Made by a program: the position numbers and the translations under genes. Shown in pieces: positions 50,162 through 60,966 of a DNA stretch of 64,000 nucleotides (position 1 is the first letter of the stretch; every line of letters starts with the position of its first letter). Location of the stretch: NCBI GenBank assembly GCA_963664405.1, contig OY761158.1, positions 1,952,001 through 2,016,000 of the forward strand, written 5' to 3'. The stretch is from Thermoanaerobaculia bacterium. Lineage in GTDB: Bacteria > Acidobacteriota > Thermoanaerobaculia > Multivoradales > Multivoraceae. A model generated the notes under the pieces. That model was not told the DNA's origin, searched no databases, and worked only from the letters and a program-made list of their open reading frames with translations.

Positions 50162-53100
50162 CTATCCGAGGCGACTCGCCGATCACCCCGCTCCCTCCTC
50201 CGGCTCCGGGCGCCGAAGCGAGCGTAGAGCGCGGGGATCACGAAGAGGTTGAGCAGCGTCGATGTGACCAGCCCCCCCAGGATCACCAGTGCCATCGGGT
50301 GCTCGATCTCGTAACCCGGCCGGTTGCCACCGACGACGATCGGCAGCAAGGCCAGCATGGTGGTCAGGGCGGTCATCAAGATCGGCGCAAGGCGCTCCTC
50401 CGCGCCGCGGAGTGCCAGCTCTCGGCCGAAGGGCAGGCCCTCCTCCAGCTGTAGATGCCGGTAATGGCTGATCAGCATGATGCCATTGCGGCCCGCGATC
50501 CCGAGAACGGTCACGAATCCCACGATCGCTCCCAGAGAGACGACACCGCCGCCGAGGGCGACCGCAACCACACCGCCAACCAGGGCGAAAGGCAGGCTCA
50601 GAAAGACGAGAAAAGTGAGCTGTGCGGACCGGAAGTCGGTGTGCAGGACGAGAAAGATTCCCAGAATCGAAAGCGCGGACAGAGAGAGCAGCCGATTTCT
50701 TGCCTTCTGTTGCTCGATGTACTCGCCCAGAAACTCGGGGTGGTAACCCTGCTCGAAGGCAACCGTTCCCACCCGATCTTCGATCTCGCGCGCCACGCTG
50801 CCGAGATCACGGCCGGCGACGTTGCAGATGACATCGATGCGTCGCGACGCATTCTCCCGCTCGATGGTGTTTGGCGTGGGCGCGATGAAAACGTCGGCCA
50901 CCTCGCCGAGAGGGACCTGCGCGCCGGACGGTGTGTCGATCTTCATCTCGCGGATTCTGGTGACGTCGTTACGCACCCCCGGGACACCCCAGACCACCAC
51001 GTCGAAAGTCATCTGGTCCTGGTAGATCTCCCCCACTTTGGTGCCCTTGACCAGGGTCGTGGTGGCCCGCCTTAGGTGCCCGGAGCTGAGCCCGAACTGC
51101 TCCGCGCTGCTCTCACGCAGCCGGATCACCAGCTGCGGCACCATCACCTGCTGCTCTACGTGCAGATCCACGACCCCCGGAACCTGCCCCATCTCCGCGG
51201 CGACCGCCTCGGCGTGGGCGTAGAGCTGTTCGAGGTCGGGACCGAAGATCCGGACCACGATCGACCCGCTGGCTCCGGTCAGAACCTCCTTGATCCTCTC
51301 CTTGAGATAGGTGAGCACATCCCGGTACAGACCGGGGTAACCGTTGACCACCTCCTGGATCTTCGCCACCGAGGCGTCATAGTCGACGTCCGGATCGAGA
51401 CTGATCCAGAGCTCGGTGAAGTTCGGCCCGACGACCTCGTCGGCCACTTCAGCACGACCGATGTGGGCGCCGAAGTTGCGGACCCCCGGGATCGCTCGAA
51501 GCTCCCGGCTCACTCGCTCGGTGATCCGGCGCATCGCAGCCAGCGAGGTCCCCGGCTTCTCGACCCAGTGCATCAGAAAATCGTACTCCTTGAACCTCGG
51601 CATGAACTCCTCGCCAAGCAGAGGCAGGCCGGCGACGGTAAGCCCCAGGACGACGGCCAGCCCTGCGAGCACCGTCTTCGGCCGGCGCATCAAGGCCGGC
51701 AGCGCCCGCCGATAGAGTCTCTTCAGGCCTCTCACCAGACGCGGCTCCGCATGCTTCTGGGCTGCACGGGGAAGCAACAGCAGAGACAGCGCCGGAGTGA
51801 CCGTCAGGGCGACCAGCAGCGAAGCGAGGATCGCGAGCACATAGGCTGAAGCCAGAGGCCGAAAGAACGATCCGGAGAGCCCGTCCAGAAAGAAGACCGG
51901 CAGGAACACCAGCACCACGATCACGCTGCCATAGACCACCGCACTACGAACCTCGAGGGAAGCTTCGAGGACGACGCGAAACACCGGTCGAGGCTCGCTC
52001 GCGGCTCGATTCAGCCGCAGGCGCCGAATGATGTTCTCGACGTCGATGATGGCATCGTCGACCACCTCTCCCAGCGCGATGATCAACCCGGCGAGGACCA
52101 TCGTGTTGATGGTCCAACCGAGCCAGTCGAGAATCAGCACCGCGGTGAGCAGCGACAGGGGGATCGCCAACACGCTGATGAGCCCCGTCCTCCACTCCTC
52201 GAGGAAGGCGAACAACACCACCGCCACCAAGAGACATCCCGCGAGGAGGGCAAAGCGCAGGTTGGACAACGACATTTCGATGAAGGTCGCGGGCCGGAAG
52301 ATCGTGGAGTCGATCGCAATGTCCGCCAGCCCCGGACCAAGTGCATCGAGCGCGGCCTCGACTCCGCGGGTCACCTCGAAGGTGTTGCCCCACGGCTGCT
52401 TCTCGACGATCAGCAACAGCCCGGGCCCGTCGTTGATCACCGCATCCCCGATCGGCTGCGCGAAACCCTCTACGACATCGGCGACGTCCCCCAGCTCGAG
52501 CGCCGCTCCGTCGCGAAAATCGATCGGCAGGCGGGCGAGATCCTCCTCGGTCTCGACCGCTTGCCGGTGCAGTATCGCGAGGCGCTGATTCGGCGTATCG
52601 ACAAAGCCACCCGCACCGACGAAGAGAGCGGAGCGCAGAGCCTCGACCAGGCCCTCGAGAGTCAGGCTGTGAGCCCTCAGACGCTCCGGATCCACCAGTG
52701 CCTGCAGCTGGCGGTCCTTCTGTCCCCAGATCGCCACGTTGGCGACGCCGGGAACCGCCATCATGCGCGGCCGCATCGTCCATACCGCAAGGGTGGTCAG
52801 CTCCATCTGCGAGAACTTCTCGGAGGTCACCCCGACCTTCAGTACGCGACTCGTTGCCGAAAGGGGCGGCACCATCACCGGCGGACTCGCGACTTCGGGT
52901 AGTCGGCCGGTCAAGGTCGTGAGCCTTTCCTGAACGACTTGGCGCGCCTGCCAAAGATCCGTGCCCTGCTCGAAAATCAGTACCACCGAAGACAGACCGA
53001 GGACCGATTTCGAGCGCACCGTCTCGAGGAATGAAATGCCGTTGACGACGCTCTCGATCGGCACACTGACCAGGCTCTCCACCTCTTCGGTCGAAAGGCC

Positions 53101-53262
53101 GGGAGCCTCGGTCTGAATCTCAACCAGGGTCGGCGCGAACTCGGGGAAGACGTCGAAGGGCATCGTGCGCGAAGCCCTGACACCCACCACGATCAGCACC
53201 GCCGCCAGGACCACCACCACCCCACGGTGGCGCAGAGAGATGGAAACGAGCCAATTCATCAT
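50158..53262 (-). CDS. CusA/CzcA-like RND efflux permease
   Basis: [55 protein letters not shown]. Confidence 0.95.
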   Translation of the reverse strand: MMNWLVSISLRHRGVVVVLAAVLIVVGVRASRTMPFDVFPEFAPTLVEIQTEAPGLSTEEVESLVSVPIESVVNGISFLETVRSKSVLGLSSVVLIFEQGTDLWQARQVVQERLTTLTGRLPEVASPPVMVPPLSATSRVLKVGVTSEKFSQMELTTLAVWTMRPRMMAVPGVANVAIWGQKDRQLQALVDPERLRAHSLTLEGLVEALRSALFVGAGGFVDTPNQRLAILHRQAVETEEDLARLPIDFRDGAALELGDVADVVEGFAQPIGDAVINDGPGLLLIVEKQPWGNTFEVTRGVEAALDALGPGLADIAIDSTIFRPATFIEMSLSNLRFALLAGCLLVAVVLFAFLEEWRTGLISVLAIPLSLLTAVLILDWLGWTINTMVLAGLIIALGEVVDDAIIDVENIIRRLRLNRAASEPRPVFRVVLEASLEVRSAVVYGSVIVVLVFLPVFFLDGLSGSFFRPLASAYVLAILASLLVALTVTPALSLLLLPRAAQKHAEPRLVRGLKRLYRRALPALMRRPKTVLAGLAVVLGLTVAGLPLLGEEFMPRFKEYDFLMHWVEKPGTSLAAMRRITERVSRELRAIPGVRNFGAHIGRAEVADEVVGPNFTELWISLDPDVDYDASVAKIQEVVNGYPGLYRDVLTYLKERIKEVLTGASGSIVVRIFGPDLEQLYAHAEAVAAEMGQVPGVVDLHVEQQVMVPQLVIRLRESSAEQFGLSSGHLRRATTTLVKGTKVGEIYQDQMTFDVVVWGVPGVRNDVTRIREMKIDTPSGAQVPLGEVADVFIAPTPNTIERENASRRIDVICNVAGRDLGSVAREIEDRVGTVAFEQGYHPEFLGEYIEQQKARNRLLSLSALSILGIFLVLHTDFRSAQLTFLVFLSLPFALVGGVVAVALGGGVVSLGAIVGFVTVLGIAGRNGIMLISHYRHLQLEEGLPFGRELALRGAEERLAPILMTALTTMLALLPIVVGGNRPGYEIEHPMALVILGGLVTSTLLNLFVIPALYARFGARSRRRERGDRRVASDS

Positions 53263-53283
53263 GGTGAGCGGGGACCTTCGGCG

Positions 53284-54483
53284 CTAATGGCCGGCCTCGA
53301 ATTCGGTCCCGAAGAGCTCAGCCGCACCGGTGACCACCACGACGCTTCCAACAGCGGGACCTCGACTCAGAACCGCCCAATCGTCGACGGTGTGGCTCAC
53401 TTCCACCCGCCGGCGTTGAAAGACCTGAGGCGCCTTCACCTGATACACCCAGGTGCCGCCGTCGATGTCATAGAGGACCGCCGTGAGCGCTACCACCGGG
53501 CTCGTCTCCCCGACTCCACCGGATTCCAGAACAGGGACCGAGACACCGACCTTTCGGCCCGGCCGCAGCGCGCCATCGTCGTTCTCTATCTCGTAGAACA
53601 CATCGGCCGTCGCCGCCTCGGGATTCGCCGACGGCGGCCCTACGATCGGCTGTGCGCGACCCAGCGGGTCCTCGCGGACACCGAGTCGGTGCACCTCAGC
53701 GCTGCTGCTCAAGTCCAGCGACGCGAGCTCCCCTACGTAGACCGGAACCCGAATCCACAGCGGGTCTTCGGCGGAGACCTCGAACAGAGGTGCCGAAGCA
53801 GCGACCGTGTGACCCGGGCTGGCGAAGACCTCCCCCAAGCGGCCCTCGAAGGGCGCCTCGATCGCCAGCGCACCACTTCCGCCACTCGACTTCGGACTGC
53901 GCAGGAGGTCGAGCTGTCTTCGAGAGGCTTGCAGGTTGGCCTCGGCGACCTTCAACTCCGCTCTTGCCTGCTCGGCCTGTCTGACACTGCCTGCCCCTTC
54001 CAGGAGCAGCTGTTCGGCCCGTTCCGACTGCAAGCGGGCCGCCTCGGCACGAGCCAGACTCTCGGCTTCGAGCCTGACGAAATCCTGGTCTGGAGGGGTC
54101 AGAGGCACCAGCCCGAAAACCGGCTGCCCCTTACGAAGTCGATCTCCGGAACGGGGAGCCTCGCCCCCATCCAGCGCCGCCAGGGTGCCGCCAAGCGGCG
54201 CGGTAACGATGACCGAGCGCCCGGGAGCCGTCATCAGCTCACCCGCGTAAGAGTGGGCCCGACCCAGACTGCGCAGAACGACCTCGGCGGTCTCGATACC
54301 GAGCCTCTCAACGGCCTGCGGCGTCAGAGTGATCGTGGTGAGATCGCTCTCCGCGCGCGGATTCTCCACCCGCGAGGGAGCTTCGACAGATTTCACCGCG
54401 GGTGGCGGCTGACAGGCCAGGAAGAGACTCCAGCCAAGCGACCCCAAGATGAACGGAATCCATGTCTTTCGATTCGAGGTCAT
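53284..54483 (-). CDS. RND periplasmic adaptor (membrane fusion protein), lipoprotein
   Basis: LFLAC lipobox; AVERLGIETA, APFEG, LRPGRKV, VVVTGAAELFG. Confidence 0.9.
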   Translation of the reverse strand: MTSNRKTWIPFILGSLGWSLFLACQPPPAVKSVEAPSRVENPRAESDLTTITLTPQAVERLGIETAEVVLRSLGRAHSYAGELMTAPGRSVIVTAPLGGTLAALDGGEAPRSGDRLRKGQPVFGLVPLTPPDQDFVRLEAESLARAEAARLQSERAEQLLLEGAGSVRQAEQARAELKVAEANLQASRRQLDLLRSPKSSGGSGALAIEAPFEGRLGEVFASPGHTVAASAPLFEVSAEDPLWIRVPVYVGELASLDLSSSAEVHRLGVREDPLGRAQPIVGPPSANPEAATADVFYEIENDDGALRPGRKVGVSVPVLESGGVGETSPVVALTAVLYDIDGGTWVYQVKAPQVFQRRRVEVSHTVDDWAVLSRGPAVGSVVVVTGAAELFGTEFEAGH

Positions 54484-54485
54484 TT

Positions 54486-55853
54486 CTACTCACCCGCCTG
54501 TTGGTTCGCGGCCGGAAGCGACCTGAGATTCATCCCCACCGAAGCCTCGAGACGAGCCCACTCTGTCGCCACCTGATGAGCGAGCTCGGCCTCCTCTCTG
54601 TGGCCGCCAAGAGTCACCAGCTCGGCTCTCGTAACCTCGAGAGACGCGACCTCACCCATTTCATACGCCTTTCGGACCCGCCGCTCGGTCTCGCCGAGGA
54701 CGGGTAGCAGATCCCGCCGATGCCGCGCCAGCGCCTGGTCCGCAAGAGACAGTAGCGCATGGCACTCGCGAACTTCCAGAACGATGCGGCTCCGCGCCGC
54801 CGCATAGCGGTGACCCGCGCCTTCGATCAGAGCCGCGGCGCGAGCGATCTCCGCCTGACTTCGGTCGAAGATCGGCAGCTCGAAGTCCAACCCGGGACCG
54901 AGCAGGAGGCGATCCCCGTCTGTCTCGTCGGCGTCGATCGCGGCGGTGAGCTTGAGCCGCTCGCTCTTCGCCAGACCTACTCTGTTGGCCGCAGCCTCGA
55001 CTTCGAGCTCGGCGGCGCGAAGATCGGGACGCGCTGCCAGGGCGTCATCGAGAAGGCGCTCGAGAGCGGGCACCACCGCCGCTTCTGCCGTCGCGACGAC
55101 GGGGTCGAGAGCGACCCTGCGTTCCTGCTCACCGAGACCGAGAAGGGCCAGAAGGCGATCCTCTGCCAATGAGGCTCCACTCCGAGACCTGTGCTCCTGC
55201 TGGGCCGCCGCCACCGCCGCCTGGGTTGCCGCGCTCGCTTCGAGCTCGCTGATATCGCCGAGACGAAGGCGAACCCTCATCAAACGAGCGATCTCCTCCG
55301 CCTGCTCCGCAGCTAGAGAATCCAGATCTCGGAGTCTCTTCGCCAGAATGAGATCGGCAAAAGCCGTCTTCGAATCGCGCGCCACGCTCAACCCACTCTG
55401 AACCAAATTGGACGCGACGACCTCGACGTTGGTCTGCGCAATCGACACCCTCCTCGGTCTCTGCCAGAGAGCCTCCAACGGCCAACGAAGAGCGGCCTCC
55501 AATTGCTTCGGGCCGCTCGGAAAGAGCAGCGAGAGGACCGGGTTCTGCAGCAGCCCCGCGGCCAGGAGATCCGCCCTGGCGAGCCCCAGATCGCTCAGGT
55601 CGGCCAGGAAGTCGGGGTTGTTCCACAGCGCGATCGCGACCGACTCGTCCTCGGTCAGTCCGTCGGTGAGGACAACCCCTTCAGGCAAGCCGGTCGCCGA
55701 CTCGGGCTCTGGTGGCGCCAGGACGTGGCCCGTCCTCTCGCGCAGATCTTCGGAGACCGACTCCGTCGTCGTGTCCGAGGTCACACTGGTGCAGGCCGTG
55801 GACAACAGTGCCACGACGAGTGAAGATCCCAGTGTTGAGTACCGGTAGCGCAG
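54486..55853 (-). CDS. TolC family outer membrane factor, lipoprotein
   Basis: LLSTAC lipobox; IALWNNP, GLLQNP, ALAARPDL, LPIFDR; likely CTG start at 55853 after AAGGAG (alternative GTG 55814). Confidence 0.9.
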   Translation of the reverse strand: MRYRYSTLGSSLVVALLSTACTSVTSDTTTESVSEDLRERTGHVLAPPEPESATGLPEGVVLTDGLTEDESVAIALWNNPDFLADLSDLGLARADLLAAGLLQNPVLSLLFPSGPKQLEAALRWPLEALWQRPRRVSIAQTNVEVVASNLVQSGLSVARDSKTAFADLILAKRLRDLDSLAAEQAEEIARLMRVRLRLGDISELEASAATQAAVAAAQQEHRSRSGASLAEDRLLALLGLGEQERRVALDPVVATAEAAVVPALERLLDDALAARPDLRAAELEVEAAANRVGLAKSERLKLTAAIDADETDGDRLLLGPGLDFELPIFDRSQAEIARAAALIEGAGHRYAAARSRIVLEVRECHALLSLADQALARHRRDLLPVLGETERRVRKAYEMGEVASLEVTRAELVTLGGHREEAELAHQVATEWARLEASVGMNLRSLPAANQQAGE

Positions 55854-55952
55854 ATCGGCTCCTTGACTGTGAGTACTCCGGAATTAGACCATGAGACCTC
55901 CCGAGCGCTCGAAGTGGCAGCGCGCGCCACCCTCTACGCCAAAGGAGAGACA

Positions 55953-56951
55953 ATGCCCTCACAGCATCACAAGATCCACTTCGACGTGATCGAAGGCTGG
56001 GAGCAGCTTCCGGAGGGCTGGTCTTTCACCGAAGTCGCCGGCGTGGCATGCGACTCCCGCGATCGGGTCTACGTCTTCTGTCGCGGCGAGCACCCGCTCA
56101 TCGTCTTCGACAAAGACGGCCACTTTCTAGACGCCTGGGGCGAGGGCATATTCGACATCCCGCACGGCATCTTCATCGACGGCGAAGACCAGGTTCATCT
56201 GGTCGACTCCGGCGATCACACCATCCGTTCCTTTTCGAGCCAGGGAAGCTTGCTCGGCATTCTCGGCGAACCGGGAGTCAGCTCTGACACCGGCTTCGAG
56301 GTCAATGCCTCTCCGGTCACTCACTCCGGTGGGCCGTTCAACCGAGTGACGAATGTCGCGGTCCGGCCCGACGGCAGCCGCTACGTGGCCGATGGCTACG
56401 GCAATGCGCGGGTGCACAAGTTCAACGCCTCCGGCGAGCACGTGCTCTCCTGGGGCGCGCCCGGGACCGGACCGGGTCAGTTCAACCTGCCCCACGGAAT
56501 CGCCGTCGACAGCGCCGGCACCGTCTACGTCGCGGACCGGGAGAACAGCCGGGTGCAGCTCTTCGGGCCTGAAGGCGAGCTCATCACCATCTGGGACTTC
56601 GTCAATCGACCCGACGACATCTTCATCGACGAGCAAGACATGGTGCATGTCGCGGAGCTCGGCTTTCGTTCCGGAGTTGGAACGGTCCCACACTTTCGAT
56701 TCATGAACGAGCCACCCGCCGGCCACGACCCGATCGCACGAGTCGGCATCTACGATCCGGACGGGAACGTTGTCGCTCGGATCGGCGGAGAAGAGGAAGT
56801 GCTCCCCGGCAACTTCATCGCCCCCCACGGGCTTTGGGCCGACTCTCACGGCGACCTCTACGTCGGTGAGGTGGTGGTCGCCTCGGGTGCTGCCGCCCGC
56901 CTGGCCCCTCTGCCCGCCACCTCGTTTCAGAAGTTCACGCGTTCCGGCTAG
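55953..56951 (+). CDS. NHL-repeat protein (peptidyl-alpha-hydroxyglycine lyase-like)
   Basis: PHGIFID, YVADGYGNARVHKF, GPGQFNLPHGIAVD, YVADRENSRVQ; AAGGAG RBS. Confidence 0.9.
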   Translation: MPSQHHKIHFDVIEGWEQLPEGWSFTEVAGVACDSRDRVYVFCRGEHPLIVFDKDGHFLDAWGEGIFDIPHGIFIDGEDQVHLVDSGDHTIRSFSSQGSLLGILGEPGVSSDTGFEVNASPVTHSGGPFNRVTNVAVRPDGSRYVADGYGNARVHKFNASGEHVLSWGAPGTGPGQFNLPHGIAVDSAGTVYVADRENSRVQLFGPEGELITIWDFVNRPDDIFIDEQDMVHVAELGFRSGVGTVPHFRFMNEPPAGHDPIARVGIYDPDGNVVARIGGEEEVLPGNFIAPHGLWADSHGDLYVGEVVVASGAAARLAPLPATSFQKFTRSG

Positions 56952-56987
56952 GAGCCTGCGCAGCAGGCGAGTAGTTCTCAGGTGGTG

Positions 56988-57859
56988 CTAGGAGGTCGGA
57001 TCTTCGGAGGAGGACCTCGCTCCGGGAAGGGGCGGAAGCTCCACGAAGTCGCCGGGTCGCTTCTCTTTGTTCGCCGTCATCGCCTCCATGACCTCCTCGT
57101 TCTGCGACATGCTGGCGTTCCAGATGGCGATGTAGTCGAGGGAGTCGGCCGTCGAGTGATCGCGGGCGTGGTTGATCATCCGCTTGCAGCCGTAGACCGC
57201 CAGCGGCGGTTTGCCGGCAATCTCTTGCGCAATCTGATCGACCTCGGCGAGCATCGTCTCCTGATCGGGAAAGACTCGGTTGACCAGACCAACCTCCCTC
57301 GCCTCCGCCGCCGACATTCGGCGACCGGTGTAGGCCAGCTCGCGGGCGATACCCTCCGGAATCAACTTCGCGATGCGCGGAAAAGTACCGACGTCGGCGG
57401 TCATCCCGATATTGATCTCGAAAATGGTGAAGAAGGCGTCCTCGGTCGCATAGCGCATGTCGCAAGCTGTAGACAGGTCGACGCCACCCCCGATCGCCCC
57501 CCCTGAATGCAGGCAAGCACCGGCACCCGGCAGTTCTCGAGGCAGGAAAAGGAATGCTGCATCTCGAGCACATTCCCGTAAAAGCGCGCGCCGTGCTGCA
57601 GGCGAGTCTTGCGTGCAGCCTCCGGGTCATCGTCCTTCGAGCCGCCGCCGAAGGACCCCAGATCGAGTCCCGCCGAAAAGTGCGGGCCTGTGGAAGAGAG
57701 GACGATCACCCTGGCCCTAGAGCTCGCGTCGATATCCTTCACGATCCGGGGCAGCTCGTCCCAGAAAGCGGGGATCATGCTGTTGCGCTTCTCGGGGCGA
57801 TTCAACACCACATGAGCGACCCGATCCGAAATGCGAACATCGAAACACTCGTAACTCAT
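56988..57859 (-). CDS. Enoyl-CoA hydratase/crotonase family; frameshift at homopolymer 57497-57503
   Basis: LNRPEKRN, FSAGLDL, PVLACIQG/AIGGGVDL, EINIGMTADVG. Confidence 0.88.
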
Positions 57860-57873
57860 ATGTACCGCCTCCC

Positions 57874-59043
57874 TCAAGCCTCGAGAAACTTACCCATCCG
57901 GTCCAAGGCGGTGCGAATGTTCTCCACGCTGTTGGCATAGGAGAAGCGCACAAAGCCCTCGCCGAGAGCGCCGAAGCTGGTGCCCGCCACGGTCGCCACT
58001 CCGATCTCTTCGAGCAGCCGATTCTGAATGGTACGAGCGTCCAGGCCCGTCCCTTCGATATTGGGGAAGGCGTAGAACGCTCCGGCTGGGCGCCGGCAGC
58101 GCACCCCGGGGAGTGCATTGAGGCCGTCGACGATCACCTCGCGACGCTCGTCGAATGCCCGCACCATCTCGTCGACCGCGTCCTGCGGACCCTCCAGCGC
58201 AGCGATCCCGGCGAACTGGGCGGAGGCGTTGACGCAGGAGTGGCAGTTGACCGCCAAGCGGGTGGCACCTTCGACCAAGGTCTCGGGCCAGACCGCATAT
58301 CCCAAGCGCCAGCCGGTCATGGCAAAAGTCTTGCTCCAGCCATCGAGCAAGATGAGCTGGTCGACGAGCTCGGGATAGGCCAAGAGGGTGGTGTGCCCCA
58401 GCCCGTCGTAGGTGATGCGCGAGTAGATCTCGTCGCTAAGCACTGCCACATGGGGGTGCTCCGCCAGCCCCGCCACCAGGCGATCGATCTCGGCCTTCAG
58501 CACCGCGCCTCCGGTCGGATTGGCCGGTGAATTGAGGATGAGGAGCCGGGTGCGAGGAGTGATGAGACTCAGCACTTCGTCGGCGTCGAAGGAGAAGTCC
58601 TTATCCTCGAGGAGCGGCGTCGGGATCGCCTTGGCCCCGGAAAAGATGATCATCGACTCGTAGATCGGGAAGCCCGGATTTGGGTAGAGGATCTCCGCGC
58701 CAGGCTCTCCGAACATCAAAATGGCGAAGAACATCGTCGGCTTGCCGCCCGGCATGATCACGATGCGCTCAGGGCTGACCTCCACCCCACGGTACTTCAG
58801 AATGTCCGCGGCTACCGCTTCGCGCAGCGCGGGGATCCCCGGTGAAGGGGTGTAGCCATGGTGGCCATCGTGCAGCGCCTTGACCGCTGCCTCGACGATA
58901 TGCGGAGGGGTCTTGAAGTCCGGCTGGCCGATCCCGAGGTTGATGATGTCGCGCCCTTCGCGAGCGAGAGCCTCGGCCCGCGCCAGCACTTCGAAGGCGG
59001 TCTCGGTCCCCAGCCGCCCCATCTTTTCCGATAACTTGAGCAT
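57874..59043 (-). CDS. PLP-dependent class I/II aminotransferase (aspartate aminotransferase-like)
   Basis: LGIGQPDF, NSPANPTG, SDEIY, DGWSKTFAMTGWRLGY, GAFYAFP, VRFSYA. Confidence 0.95.
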   Translation of the reverse strand: MLKLSEKMGRLGTETAFEVLARAEALAREGRDIINLGIGQPDFKTPPHIVEAAVKALHDGHHGYTPSPGIPALREAVAADILKYRGVEVSPERIVIMPGGKPTMFFAILMFGEPGAEILYPNPGFPIYESMIIFSGAKAIPTPLLEDKDFSFDADEVLSLITPRTRLLILNSPANPTGGAVLKAEIDRLVAGLAEHPHVAVLSDEIYSRITYDGLGHTTLLAYPELVDQLILLDGWSKTFAMTGWRLGYAVWPETLVEGATRLAVNCHSCVNASAQFAGIAALEGPQDAVDEMVRAFDERREVIVDGLNALPGVRCRRPAGAFYAFPNIEGTGLDARTIQNRLLEEIGVATVAGTSFGALGEGFVRFSYANSVENIRTALDRMGKFLEA

Positions 59044-59101
59044 CTTCGAAACCCCTCACTGGTATCTACGCTGCGCGATGATAGCGAAACAAAGCGCTGG
59101 C

Positions 59102-59483
59102 TTAGGCCAGCGCCAGAGCCACCGCGATCTCGCGCTGGCGCTGATCGAGGGTAACGAAGCTTAGCTCTCCAACAGCGCCGCGCAGATACAACGCACAGGC
59201 GAGGTGCCACAGATCGGCACCACGGACGTCGCTGCGCGAGAGAACTTCGCGGCATTCGGCAGTCAGAGGGCGATCCGGGAACACCCAGGTCATCCACGAC
59301 AACAGGCTGTCCTGTTCTTGATCCAGCTTCTCGCGCTGAAGGGTGGCGCGGAACTCCGCCTCGAGCAGATTCGAGGCGATGCGCCGGTCAAAGCCACCTC
59401 AGCCTGCGCGCCAGCGCCTCATAGCCAGGCTCGGCAAAAGCCACGGCTATGAGTGCCGAAGCGTCGCCGTAGGTCGGCTTCAA
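59102..59483 (-). pseudogene. PIN-domain (VapC-like) toxin, frameshifted
   Basis: YGDASALIAVAFAEPG then shifted frame SNLLEAEFR..RGADLWHLACAL..FVTLDQRQ. Confidence 0.7.
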
Positions 59484-59754
59484 TCGCGGGACTCCAGAAA
59501 TCTGGCCAGCGCTCCAATTGAGGTCGCGATCGGGGCCAACTCGGAGGTCGGCGATTCTCCCTAACTCACGCCTCCCCGATCCTCGAGCAACAGCAGGCGC
59601 TCCACGTCTGTCTTCTCCCGTCTGAGGGGCCGAATCTCTGCCACGCCTCTTCCTCTATACGAAATATAGACGGACTCACCGCCTCGAACCTTGCGCAGGA
59701 TCTCGCTGAATCTCGCCTTGGCATCATATGTGGTAAGTAGCTTCTACGCTTCAT
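59480..59754 (-). pseudogene. Phd/YefM family antitoxin with frameshift and internal TAG
   Basis: TYDAKARFSEILRKVRGGESVYISYRGRGVAEIRPL...GVS*...GALARFLESRD; upstream palindrome CTAGTC-A-GACTAG at 59770-59782. Confidence 0.7.
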
Positions 59755-59889
59755 CGATTAACCATATAGCTAGTCAGACTAGTCATATAAGTCCACGAAC
59801 AGGCAAGGAACACGACGGCGTTCAGCCCGAGGAGCAGATGGGACTTTGCGAGTGATACATTCGAGCGCTCCCATGATCCCGAGGACCCT

Positions 59890-60873
59890 TTGAAACAGAC
59901 GATAGCGGTCATCTCCGCCGTTCTTGCCCTCGGCATGGCCACCTTTCCGGCCTCGGGTCAGTCGGTGCGTGTCGAGCGCCTGCTCGATCATCCGATCATC
60001 CAACCCGATATGGATGGGTCGATGGGCAGCAATATCGCCGGCCCGTCACTGATCCGAGTGCCGGGCTGGATCGAGAAGCCACTCGGGCGCTACTACCTCT
60101 ACTTCGCCGACCACGAGGGCACCTACATTCGGCTCGCCTATGCCGACAATCTGCTGGGCCCGTGGAAAACGCATGAGCCAGGTACCCTGCGGCTCGAGGA
60201 CTCCCACTTCCCCACCACCTGCCCGCCTTGCTCCCCGTCGACGCCTGGGGGTCGGGCCTATGTGCACATCGCGTCGCCGGACGTACACGTTATCGACGAA
60301 CGGCATGAGATCGTCATGTACATCCACGGGCGAGACGCCGGCGCCCAGGTGACGCGGGTAGCAACCTCGAGCGACGGCCTACACTTCGAAGCACGTCCGG
60401 AGATTCTCGGCCGGCCCTACTTCCGCGCCTTCCCGCACCGCCACCACATCTACGCGATCTCCTCGCCAGGCGTTGTGGTGAGATCGACTGACGGTTTGGC
60501 GAGCTTCGAAGAGGGCCCCCAGCTCTTTACCCCGGATATGCGGCATTCGGCCGTGCTCAAGCGGGGGGACACCCTCTATGTCTTCTTCAGCGAGCGCAGG
60601 GCGGCGCCCGAGCGCATCCTGTTGGCGACGATCGACCTTTCCAAGGACTGGTCCCAGTGGAAGGAGAGCGAGCCGGCGGAGGTTCTCCGACCCCAGACAC
60701 CGTGGGAGGGAGCCGAGCTTCCGATCGAGCCCTCTCGAGGTGGCTCGATCAACGAGCCGGTCAACCAGCTCCGTGATCCGGCCATCTTTGAAGAGGGCGA
60801 ACGGATCTTCATGCTCTACTCGGTGGCCGGCGAGCGGGGAATCGCCATCGCCGAAGTGCACCTGGAACCGTAG
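59890..60873 (+). CDS. Secreted hypothetical protein, paralog of 38402-39463
   Basis: Signal peptide; GPSLIRVPGW..YYLYFADHEG.YIRLAYAD, HIASPDVHV, VNQLRDPAI. Confidence 0.7.
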   Translation: MKQTIAVISAVLALGMATFPASGQSVRVERLLDHPIIQPDMDGSMGSNIAGPSLIRVPGWIEKPLGRYYLYFADHEGTYIRLAYADNLLGPWKTHEPGTLRLEDSHFPTTCPPCSPSTPGGRAYVHIASPDVHVIDERHEIVMYIHGRDAGAQVTRVATSSDGLHFEARPEILGRPYFRAFPHRHHIYAISSPGVVVRSTDGLASFEEGPQLFTPDMRHSAVLKRGDTLYVFFSERRAAPERILLATIDLSKDWSQWKESEPAEVLRPQTPWEGAELPIEPSRGGSINEPVNQLRDPAIFEEGERIFMLYSVAGERGIAIAEVHLEP

Positions 60874-60966
60874 CGCCGCGGATGAACATCGATCGCAGAC
60901 CCATCGCGCCGGCCTCATAGCCCCTACACGGCTGCACGACACCGCGGAGACGAGGGAGATGGTTCT

